This document shows, in pieces, positions 57,339 through 64,000 of a stretch of DNA of 64,000 nucleotides. Made by a program: the position numbers and the translations under genes. The notes under the pieces are model-generated. The model was not told where the DNA came from. It worked only from the letters and a program-made list of their open reading frames with translations, and searched no databases. The DNA comes from Bacteroidales bacterium (GTDB lineage: Bacteria; Bacteroidota; Bacteroidia; Bacteroidales; UBA12077): contig JANQHR010000049.1 of assembly GCA_028282585.1 (NCBI GenBank), positions 15,226 through 79,225 on the forward strand. The letters run 5' to 3'. Each line of letters starts with the position of its first letter. The first letter of the stretch is position 1.

Positions 57339-58979
57339 ATGTTAAGTAAAGTATTATCAATTTTATTAATCCTGGCTTTGGGATTTCAATTAAATTCAAA
57401 AGCTTGTACCGTTATTGCTGTTGGTAAAAAAGCATCTGCAGATGGCTCAAATATAATTTCACATACCGACACTGGCCCGGATTCCAGGATATTTGTAGTT
57501 CCTGCCCAAACTTTTAAACCGGGCTCTAAAGCTCCTGTTTATTGGGGGATTCAAGACGCGAGCCTCCCTTTAAAAGATGATGGCGAGATATTGGGGTATA
57601 TCCCACAAGTTGAAAAAACATTTAAATATTTTCATTCTGCCTATTCTCAGGTAAACGAACATCAATTGGGAATTGCAGAAAGCACAACAGCTCAAAGAAA
57701 AGAATTAATCTGTATGAAAGGCGAAGGCAAACAGATTATGTCCATTGAACAAGCGCAAATATTTGCCTTGCAACGTTATAAAACAGCCCGTGAAGCCGTT
57801 CAGTTTATTGGAGATTTAATGACAAAGTATGGGTTTATACCTTCTAGTGGAGATGGGTCTGAATGTTTAGTTATCGCAGATACCGAAGAAATATGGGTTT
57901 TTGAAGTATTTGGAGTTGGGCATGGATGGGAACCTGAAAGTGGAAAGCCTGGTGCAATATGGGCTGCACAGCGTTTACCAGAGGATGAAACAACCATGGT
58001 ACCCAACTGGAGCATTATAAAAGAAATTAATGCTGAGGATAAGGAAAATTTCATGGTTTCTGAGAATTATATGCAAGAAGCAATTGAGCGCGGTTGGTAC
58101 GACCCAAATTCAGGAGAACCATTCATCTGGCAAGAAATTTATGCACCACCGAGTACAGTAGAATATGCTACAAGCCGTTTTTGGTTATTCCACCAAACTT
58201 TTGCCCCAAATTTGAAAGAATGGCCTAATAGGTTCCCTGAAGGCAATCCATATAAAGGCATTCAGCCTTACTTTCAATATGTTGAACCCCTGTCAATTTA
58301 TCCATTCTCGGTTAAGCCTGAGAAAAAGATGTCTGTTCAGGATGTGATCGCTTTTCAACGTTCAACTTATGAAGGGACAATTTATGACATGACATATGAC
58401 CCAAACTGGTTGGTTCCAAACGGAGAAGGTGGTTATGAAAAAAGCCCTTTAGCCACACCATTTCCAGGCAGCGATTTGAGAAAATTATTAAAAATAACTT
58501 ACCGGCGCCCGGTTGCACGCCACAGAGGGCATTATGGAATGGTGCTTCAGTTGCGTGATTGGTTACCAAATGAAATTGGCGGAGTTTACTGGGTATATTT
58601 GGATAATCCTTATTTTAGCCCTTATGTTCCAATTTATACGGGTAATTTATCAACCCACGAATCGTATCAAATTTATGACCCAAATAAATATAGTGAAAAA
58701 TCAGCAAGGTGGGCAATTGACTTTGTTGATAATTTAGCCAACCTTAAATTTCAGGAGATTGCAAAAGATGTAAAAGAAGTACGGGCCCCTTTTGAAGCTA
58801 AAATGTTCGAAAACCAAAAAGCTATAGAGGATGAAGCTTTAAAACTTTACAAAAAAGCTCCCGAAAAGGCCCAAGAATATTTAACAAATTACTCTAATGG
58901 GCTAATGAACGATGTTACAGAAATGTTTCTGGAGTTAAGAAATCAGATTATCACTGATTATACAAATAATCACGAGTAG
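57339..58979 (+). CDS. C69 family dipeptidase (secreted)
   Basis: 546 aa. Signal peptide followed by the nucleophile Cys in SKACTVIAVGKKASADGS, the hallmark of peptidase C69. Confidence 0.85.
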   Translation: MLSKVLSILLILALGFQLNSKACTVIAVGKKASADGSNIISHTDTGPDSRIFVVPAQTFKPGSKAPVYWGIQDASLPLKDDGEILGYIPQVEKTFKYFHSAYSQVNEHQLGIAESTTAQRKELICMKGEGKQIMSIEQAQIFALQRYKTAREAVQFIGDLMTKYGFIPSSGDGSECLVIADTEEIWVFEVFGVGHGWEPESGKPGAIWAAQRLPEDETTMVPNWSIIKEINAEDKENFMVSENYMQEAIERGWYDPNSGEPFIWQEIYAPPSTVEYATSRFWLFHQTFAPNLKEWPNRFPEGNPYKGIQPYFQYVEPLSIYPFSVKPEKKMSVQDVIAFQRSTYEGTIYDMTYDPNWLVPNGEGGYEKSPLATPFPGSDLRKLLKITYRRPVARHRGHYGMVLQLRDWLPNEIGGVYWVYLDNPYFSPYVPIYTGNLSTHESYQIYDPNKYSEKSARWAIDFVDNLANLKFQEIAKDVKEVRAPFEAKMFENQKAIEDEALKLYKKAPEKAQEYLTNYSNGLMNDVTEMFLELRNQIITDYTNNHE

Positions 58980-58995
58980 AAATAAGATAATAATT

Positions 58996-59046
58996 ATTCC
59001 GGGATCCTGCTTTCAGTAAGCATGGTATCTCGGATTTTTATTTTTT
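58996..59046. terminator. terminator between convergent genes
   Basis: ATTCCGGGATCC ... GGTATCTCGGAT imperfect stem with an inner TGCTT-TCAGT-AAGCA hairpin, followed by TTTTTATTTTTT. Confidence 0.6.
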
Positions 59047-59077
59047 CTTATTCGTAAGAATATGAGATAAGACTAAT

Positions 59078-60196
59078 TTATAGCAGAATATTATTAACAT
59101 ATTCTCCTATCGCTAAGGAAGACGTCAAACCTGGCGATTCGATTCCAATTAAGTTTACGAATCCGGGAAACCCTTTTTTTAATTCTTCCTGAACATAAAA
59201 ATCTTGAATGGCCTCGCCCTGTTTTTGGATTTTTGGCCGTATGCCTGCCATTTCCGGAACTAAATCATTCAATTCTAAAAACGGCAAAAACTTCTTAGCT
59301 GATTCATAAAAAGCTTTTTGCTGTAATTTATTCACCGAATAATCATAAATATTATCAGGCATCCATTCTACATCTGGGCCCAGCTTTACTCCTCCTCCCA
59401 TATCAATGGTAACATGTATTCCAATTCCCTCCATATTGGGGTTTGGAACAGGATATACCAACCTATTTAACAATTTATTTTTTGGAGGGTTTACCCTAAA
59501 ATAATTTCCTTTGCAAAATGAAAGTTTTAGTGATTCGTTATCCATTCCAACCATGCCAGAAACTTTATCTGATTCCAGGCCGGCGGCATTTACTACCTTT
59601 TTTGTTTTAAAAGAAAAGTCTTTTCCGTCAGAATCTTTTAATAAAATTTCATACCCATTTTCAATTTTATTAACTTCTATTAATTCAGCTCCATATGAGA
59701 ATTGAACACCTTGATTTATAGCATTTGTTTCCAATTGTTTCATAAAGAAATGCGAGTCTATAACCCCCGTTGATGGTGAAAAAAGCGCTCCATAACAATC
59801 AATATTTGGCTCTAATTCCTTTATCTCACCTTCATTTAAAAGGCGTAAATCTTTAACTCCATTATGAAAAGCTTTCTTTTTTAATTCTTCAAGCAACATT
59901 ACCTCTTCGGTTGATGTTGCTACAATTAATTTTCCACAATTATTATAAGGAACTTCATACTCTTTACAGAAGTTATATAACAAATACTTACCCTCAACAC
60001 AAAGTTTTGCCTTTAAACTATTTTTGGGATAGTAAATTCCTGCATGGATTACTTCACTGTTACGGCTACTCGTTTCCTGCCCAAAAGATTTATTTCTTTC
60101 AATAACAAATACATCGGTATAATCTTCCGAAAGTTTTGCCGCAATGGCTAAACCAACTACTCCGGCACCTATAATTGCAATATTTGAATCAAACAT
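59078..60196 (-). CDS. FAD-dependent oxidoreductase, L-2-hydroxyglutarate oxidase/dehydrogenase (LhgO)-like
   Basis: 372 aa. IAIIGAGVVGLAIA dinucleotide fold and SRNSEVIHAGIYY, as in LhgO/YgaF (from memory). Confidence 0.7.
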   Translation of the reverse strand: MFDSNIAIIGAGVVGLAIAAKLSEDYTDVFVIERNKSFGQETSSRNSEVIHAGIYYPKNSLKAKLCVEGKYLLYNFCKEYEVPYNNCGKLIVATSTEEVMLLEELKKKAFHNGVKDLRLLNEGEIKELEPNIDCYGALFSPSTGVIDSHFFMKQLETNAINQGVQFSYGAELIEVNKIENGYEILLKDSDGKDFSFKTKKVVNAAGLESDKVSGMVGMDNESLKLSFCKGNYFRVNPPKNKLLNRLVYPVPNPNMEGIGIHVTIDMGGGVKLGPDVEWMPDNIYDYSVNKLQQKAFYESAKKFLPFLELNDLVPEMAGIRPKIQKQGEAIQDFYVQEELKKGFPGFVNLIGIESPGLTSSLAIGEYVNNILL

Positions 60197-60246
60197 AGTA
60201 TCTTAAATCTCATGTAAACATACTAAGAATTTTACTTTACTTGAAG

Positions 60247-60280
60247 CAAAAAAGGTGCGCAAACATGTAATTTGTACACC
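60247..60280 (-). terminator. terminator after the Cys-rich protein gene (minus strand)
   Basis: Minus strand reads GGTGTACAAA-TTACATG-TTTGCGCACC followed by TTTTTT. Confidence 0.6.
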
Positions 60281-60308
60281 TTACATTTTAAAATAAATAA
60301 ATTATTTA

Positions 60309-60809
60309 TTATGCTATTTGCTCTTTATACTTAACCTGCATCTTTTTAACTCCTTTATAAAATTCGGGGAATCTTTTCCATAAATCCTTTTCGCATGAGT
60401 TTAATTCGCCACACTGAATACAAGAATCAAAGCCCTTCTCAATTGCACACGCTCGAACAGTACAATTTGAAACTACCATCCCTTGTGGCTTTTCTTGGTT
60501 TTTACAACGCCAACAAATGGCAATTTTGGTATCAAACTCTATACCATACCGTTCTTTTAATTTCCATACATCAAATGCTTCCTTTTTCTTAGTGTCATCG
60601 CCTTCAACAGTTGCTATATAAAACTTGCAATCTTCAGGGCATGTATAGCCACAGTAATTTAATTTCTCAGGGTCAATCTTTTCATCAACAAACATTTTAG
60701 AAAATGAGCCTGCAGCAACGAATTTAGAACTCATTAACATTGCACAACAAGCCATACCAGCTTGCGTACTCTTTTTGAAGAAATTTCTTCTATTCATCTT
60801 ATTTTTCAT
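60309..60809 (-). CDS. Tat-signal Cys-rich protein (DUF3795-like)
   Basis: 166 aa. Twin-arginine motif RRNFFKK with a hydrophobic h-region, then a Cys-rich domain (CGYTCPEDC, CWRCKN, CTVRAC, CIQCGELNSC). Confidence 0.5.
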   Translation of the reverse strand: MKNKMNRRNFFKKSTQAGMACCAMLMSSKFVAAGSFSKMFVDEKIDPEKLNYCGYTCPEDCKFYIATVEGDDTKKKEAFDVWKLKERYGIEFDTKIAICWRCKNQEKPQGMVVSNCTVRACAIEKGFDSCIQCGELNSCEKDLWKRFPEFYKGVKKMQVKYKEQIA

Positions 60810-61058
60810 TCGTTTCAGGTTTGGTTAATTAATTGTATTCTAGATTTTAAGATTACAAACTATGTTAACACCCTTTCATACTTTCTGTATTATTAGTAAT
60901 AACAAATTATTTTAAATTCATTTTAAATAAGCAATAGTTTTCGACAACTAAACAAGTACAAGCCTAATAATCATCAGATTTACAATATTTTAAAGCATCA
61001 CCCATTTATCAACTATTTTAGTGCAGCTCAAAGCCTTATGTAACTTGAATAATTTTAT

Positions 61059-61066
61059 TATGTTTG
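61059..61066 (+). promoter_or_regulatory. -7 box TATGTTTG upstream of aprB
   Basis: TAnnTTTG match 27 nt upstream of ATG 61093. Confidence 0.45.
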
Positions 61067-61092
61067 TGAACTAACCTTAAAAGTCCTAAAAT

Positions 61093-61527
61093 ATGCCAAG
61101 CTTTGTAATAAACGAAAAGTGCGATGGATGTAAAGCTCAAGATAAAACAGCTTGCCAATACATATGTCCAAATGATTTAATGATTTTAGACAAAGAAAAA
61201 AATAAAGCATACAACCGTGCCGTTGATATGTGCTGGGAATGTTATAGTTGTGTTAAAATCTGCCCAACACAAGCAATTGAAGTTCGCGGATATGCTGATT
61301 TTATGCCACTTGGTGCTGTAGTTCAACCTCTACGAAGTACCGATTCAATTATGTGGTCGGTTAAATTTCGTAATAAGAAAATTAAAAGGTTTAAATTTCC
61401 AATTCGTACTACTCCGGAAGGTAGTGCAGAACCAGATGCCGGAATGCAAACGGGTTCTGATGACTTAAAAAGCCCTTTACTAAGGACTGAACCAGAATCA
61501 CTAGGAACTGACTTGTACAAAAAATAG
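61093..61527 (+). CDS. aprB: adenylylsulfate (APS) reductase, beta subunit
   Basis: 144 aa. MPSFV start, Cys clusters CDGCKAQDKTACQYICP and CWECYSCVKICP, and a C-terminal tail as in AprB. Confidence 0.9.
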   Translation: MPSFVINEKCDGCKAQDKTACQYICPNDLMILDKEKNKAYNRAVDMCWECYSCVKICPTQAIEVRGYADFMPLGAVVQPLRSTDSIMWSVKFRNKKIKRFKFPIRTTPEGSAEPDAGMQTGSDDLKSPLLRTEPESLGTDLYKK

Positions 61528-61577
61528 ATTTTTGGATACAAGTATCAAGACGCAAGATTTTAACAAGTACTGAAAAT

Positions 61578-61618
61578 CTTAAACTTGAAACTTGAAACTT
61601 GAAACATTGAACTTGAAA
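61578..61618 (+). repeat. tandem heptad array (CTTGAAA-like x6) between aprB and aprA
   Basis: CTTAAA CTTGAAA CTTGAAA CTTGAAA CATTGAA CTTGAAA, ending 10 nt before the aprA ATG. It is preceded by the hairpin AAGATTTT ... AAAATCTT (61554-61580). Confidence 0.8.
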
Positions 61619-61628
61619 CTATAGAATC

Positions 61629-63518
61629 ATGATAACGAAAGATTTCGAAACAGTAATTATAGAAACTGATTTATTAATACTTGGTGGCGGTATGGCTGCT
61701 TGCGGTGCAGCTTATGAAGCCTCATACTGGGCAAAAAAACATAACAAAAAAGTAACTGTTGTTGATAAAGCATCAATAGAACGCAGTGGTGCTGTAGCTA
61801 TGGGGCTATCAGCAATCAACCTTTATATGGGTTTAAAAGATGGTAAAAATACCGTTGAAGATTATATAAATTACGTTAAAAATGACCTGATGGGCATTGC
61901 CCGCGACGATTTAGTTGCAAACATTGCCCGCCATGTAGATGGTTCCGTTCATTTATTCGAAAAGTGGGGACTGCCAATTTGGAAAGATGAAGAAGGAAAT
62001 TATGTGAACGAAGGCCGTTGGCAAATTATGATTCATGGTGAATCGTATAAAAATATTGTTTCAGAAGCTGCTAAAAATGCCTTAAAAGATCTAGGTGATA
62101 ATGGTGAATACATTGAACGTGTTTTTATTACGGAACCCATTATGGATGGAAACCGTTGTGTGGGAGCAGCAGGGTTTAGTGTCCGTGAAAACAAATTCTA
62201 TATTTTTAAAGCAAAAGCTGTAATGGACGTGATGGGTGGCGCTGTTCATATTTTCCGCCCAAAATCCGTAGGTGAAGGTTTAGGAAGGTCTTGGTACCCT
62301 CCTTTTAACTCTGGCGCTAGCACATACTTTACTCTTAAAGCCGGAGCTGAAATGACCTGCCAGGAAGTTCGTTTTGTCCCGGTTCGCTTTAAAGATTCTT
62401 ATGGGCCTGTTGGCGCCTGGTTCTTACTTTTTAAATCGAAAGCAACCAATGCCAAAGGCGAAGATTATATGGAGACACGTAAAGCAGAACTTGAAAACTG
62501 GGCTCCTTACGGAACTTCAAAACCTGTTCCTGCGAACCTTAGAAACTATTTAATGCTTCAGGAATTAGAAGAAGGAAATGGGCCAATTTATATGAGGACG
62601 GAAGAAGCAATTAAAGAATTAATGGCAGATATTCAGGATGAAAAACAAGCAAAACGCAAAATGAAAGAGCTTGAATCGGAAGCATGGGAAGATTTTTTGG
62701 ATATGACTGTTAGCCAGGCATTAAACTGGGCTGCTCACAATATTTCACCGGAAGAAACCCCTTCGGAGATTTCTGCTTGCGAACCTTACTTCATTAGCTC
62801 ACATTCAGGTGCTTCGGGTGCATGGATTAGTGGCCCTAAAGATTTATCGCCATCCGAAGAGTATCACTGGGGTTATGATAATATGACAACAGCCAAAGGA
62901 TTATTTGCTGCCGGTGATGCATCTGGTGCTTCATCACACAAATTCTCTTCCGGTTCGTTTACCGAAGGTAGAATTGCTGCAAAAGCTGCAATTTCATTCA
63001 TAGTTGATAACCCGGAGGATGTGAATATTTCAGAAGAAAAAATGAGTGAATTAAAAGAAAAGATATTACAACCACTTTCAACTTTTAATGAGCATAAAGA
63101 TTTTGCGAACGATGAAGATGTAAACCCAAATTTTATCAAGCCTAAAATGTTTATGTTCCGTTTACAAAAAATTATGGATGAATATGCAGGTGGTGCTTCT
63201 GTAAATTTCAAAACTTCAAAAGCATTGTTGGAAAAAGGCCTTGAATTCTTACAATTTATGAAAGAAGATGCTGAAAAACTTGCAGCTTCTGATACGAATG
63301 AACTTATGCGTTGTTGGGAAAATGTTCACCGTATGTGGCAAGCAGAATCTCATATCAGAACGATGTTGTTCCGCGAAGAAACTCGTTGGCCAGGATATTA
63401 TTTCAGAACGGACCACCCTACAATGAAAGAAGATTGGAAAGCATTTGCAAATTGTAAATGGAACCCTGAAACTGAAGAGTGGGAAATGATAAAGAGAGAT
63501 ATTAAAGAATTGACTTAA
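61629..63518 (+). CDS. aprA: adenylylsulfate (APS) reductase, alpha subunit (flavoprotein)
   Basis: 629 aa. FAD fold LILGGGMAACGAA, DKASIERSGAVAMGLSAIN, GRWQIMIHGESYK. Closely resembles Desulfovibrio AprA as I remember it. Confidence 0.9.
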   Translation: MITKDFETVIIETDLLILGGGMAACGAAYEASYWAKKHNKKVTVVDKASIERSGAVAMGLSAINLYMGLKDGKNTVEDYINYVKNDLMGIARDDLVANIARHVDGSVHLFEKWGLPIWKDEEGNYVNEGRWQIMIHGESYKNIVSEAAKNALKDLGDNGEYIERVFITEPIMDGNRCVGAAGFSVRENKFYIFKAKAVMDVMGGAVHIFRPKSVGEGLGRSWYPPFNSGASTYFTLKAGAEMTCQEVRFVPVRFKDSYGPVGAWFLLFKSKATNAKGEDYMETRKAELENWAPYGTSKPVPANLRNYLMLQELEEGNGPIYMRTEEAIKELMADIQDEKQAKRKMKELESEAWEDFLDMTVSQALNWAAHNISPEETPSEISACEPYFISSHSGASGAWISGPKDLSPSEEYHWGYDNMTTAKGLFAAGDASGASSHKFSSGSFTEGRIAAKAAISFIVDNPEDVNISEEKMSELKEKILQPLSTFNEHKDFANDEDVNPNFIKPKMFMFRLQKIMDEYAGGASVNFKTSKALLEKGLEFLQFMKEDAEKLAASDTNELMRCWENVHRMWQAESHIRTMLFREETRWPGYYFRTDHPTMKEDWKAFANCKWNPETEEWEMIKRDIKELT

Positions 63519-63530
63519 TGATTAATTTCA

Positions 63531-63573
63531 GGTTTCAAATTCTTAATCTGAAACTTGAAATTTGAAATTCTTA
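63531..63573 (+). repeat. hairpin plus three YTTGAAA heptads between aprA and qmoA
   Basis: TTTCAAATT (63533-63541) pairs with AATTTGAAA (63559-63567). CTGAAA CTTGAAA TTTGAAA lies at 63548-63567. The decamer AAATTCTTA occurs twice. Confidence 0.7.
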
Positions 63574-63577
63574 TTCA

Positions 63578-64000
63578 ATGAATAAAACTCAAAAACCAGT
63601 TTTAATTATCGGTGGAGGAATTAGCGGAGTTACAACAGCTGTTGAAATTGCGGAGGTTGGAAAGGAAGTTATTCTTATTGAAAAAATGCCCTACTTTGGT
63701 GGCAATGTAGTAAAATTCAATAATTATTTTCCTAAGCTTTGCCCGCCGACATGCGGGCTAGAAATTAACTTTAGGAGAATCAAACAAAATCCAAGAATCA
63801 AATATTACACTTCTACAGAAGTGCAGGAAATTTCAGGAGAAAAAGGAAATTTTAATGTTAAAATTAAGACCTCTCCTCAATACATTAAAAACAACTGCAC
63901 TGCTTGTGGTAAATGTGCAGAAATATGCCCTGAAGAACGCCCTGATGAATTTAATTATGGGTTTACTAATACTAGAGCAGCTTATATTCCTCATGAAATA
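63578..64000 (+). CDS. qmoA: QmoA (HdrA-like flavoprotein of the Qmo complex), N-terminal part; continues beyond the window
   Basis: LIIGGGISGVTTA FAD fold, YFPKLCPPTCGLEINFRRIK and NNCTACGKCAEICP, matching QmoA of sulfate reducers from memory. The frame is open to base 64000. Confidence 0.85.
   Translation, partial: MNKTQKPVLIIGGGISGVTTAVEIAEVGKEVILIEKMPYFGGNVVKFNNYFPKLCPPTCGLEINFRRIKQNPRIKYYTSTEVQEISGEKGNFNVKIKTSPQYIKNNCTACGKCAEICPEERPDEFNYGFTNTRAAYIPHEI

Noticed and set aside
3905-63211. Many 60-160 aa ORFs in the track that lie antisense to, or nested inside, long well-supported genes (for example 3905..4159-, 5310..5708-, 7736..8011-, 21423..21749+, 28580..29065+, 39712..40002-, 45694..46065-, 52896..53183-, 55166..55513-, 62873..63211-).
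   Set aside because: They overlap confidently recognised CDSs, have low-complexity or odd composition and no recognisable motifs. They are typical shadow ORFs of AT-rich coding DNA.
1-64000. Search for CRISPR arrays, rRNA/tRNA genes, transposases, integrases, phage or toxin-antitoxin/defense genes.
   Set aside because: I saw no regularly spaced direct repeats, no tRNA T-arm-type GGTTCGAATCC motifs, and no rRNA-like segments. No ORF carries a recognisable DDE, tyrosine/serine recombinase, nuclease-helicase or other defense-type signature. The window looks like core metabolic chromosome.
40159-64000. Apparently higher G+C in the right-hand 24 kb than in the first 24 kb, as a sign of a horizontally acquired island.
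   Set aside because: I cannot compute composition here. The right half is dominated by highly conserved soluble enzymes, which are normally more GC-rich than membrane or hypothetical genes in AT-rich genomes. Promoter style is the same throughout, and no mobility genes or tRNA borders are present.

Overview
AT-rich 64 kb chromosomal segment, gene-dense (about 50 protein genes). I saw no rRNA, tRNA, CRISPR array, transposase or integrase. TAnnTTTG-type -7 boxes, weak or absent Shine-Dalgarno sequences, several FtsX-type permeases and NtrC-type sigma-54 activators suggest the Bacteroidota/FCB group. A glycyl radical enzyme with activase, a 2-oxoacid:ferredoxin oxidoreductase, flavodoxin, a HydE-like radical SAM protein and AprBA-QmoA suggest an anaerobe. 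Both the taxonomy and the lifestyle are inference. Layout: (1) 1-13.3 kb, mixed housekeeping genes: WD40 fragment, LpxL-like acyltransferase, OM protein, tnaA with a possible leader, MATE pump, yicC-gmk-nadD-CNNM operon, FMN reductase, DSD1-like PLP enzyme. (2) 13.5-24.8 kb, two tandem paralogous modules, each a histidine kinase with no periplasmic domain plus a sigma-54 response regulator, divergent from a ~800 aa double-FtsX permease; an Lrp regulator sits between them. (3) 24.8-34.6 kb, a ten-gene minus-strand operon for amino-acid/2-oxoacid fermentation: ADP-forming acyl-CoA synthetase, unlisted small membrane ORF, porin-like OMP, Na+/solute symporter, flavodoxin, aminotransferase, four-subunit OFOR. 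(4) 34.9-38.9 kb, a cassette bracketed by ~70 bp promoter-like direct repeats. It carries a catalytic KAS III homolog with a large insertion, a KAS III paralog that has lost Cys-His-Asn, and a small STAS-like protein. This is my top candidate for something undescribed. (5) 38.9-47.6 kb, an orphan HydE-like radical SAM gene and an atu/liu-like acyl-CoA carboxylase operon with AtuA. (6) 47.9-59.0 kb, a hydroxyproline/collagen-peptide locus: HypD-type glycyl radical enzyme with an unusually short activase, DPP-IV-like S9 peptidase, Xaa-Pro aminopeptidase, an OCD-family reductase next to a Cys/Thr-type trans-3-hydroxyproline dehydratase, and a C69 dipeptidase. (7) 59-64 kb, an LhgO-like flavoprotein, a Tat-signal Cys-rich protein and aprB-aprA-qmoA. 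All functional calls rest on motif recognition by eye and remembered family signatures; no database search was run. Coordinates of small non-coding features may be off by 1-2 nt.
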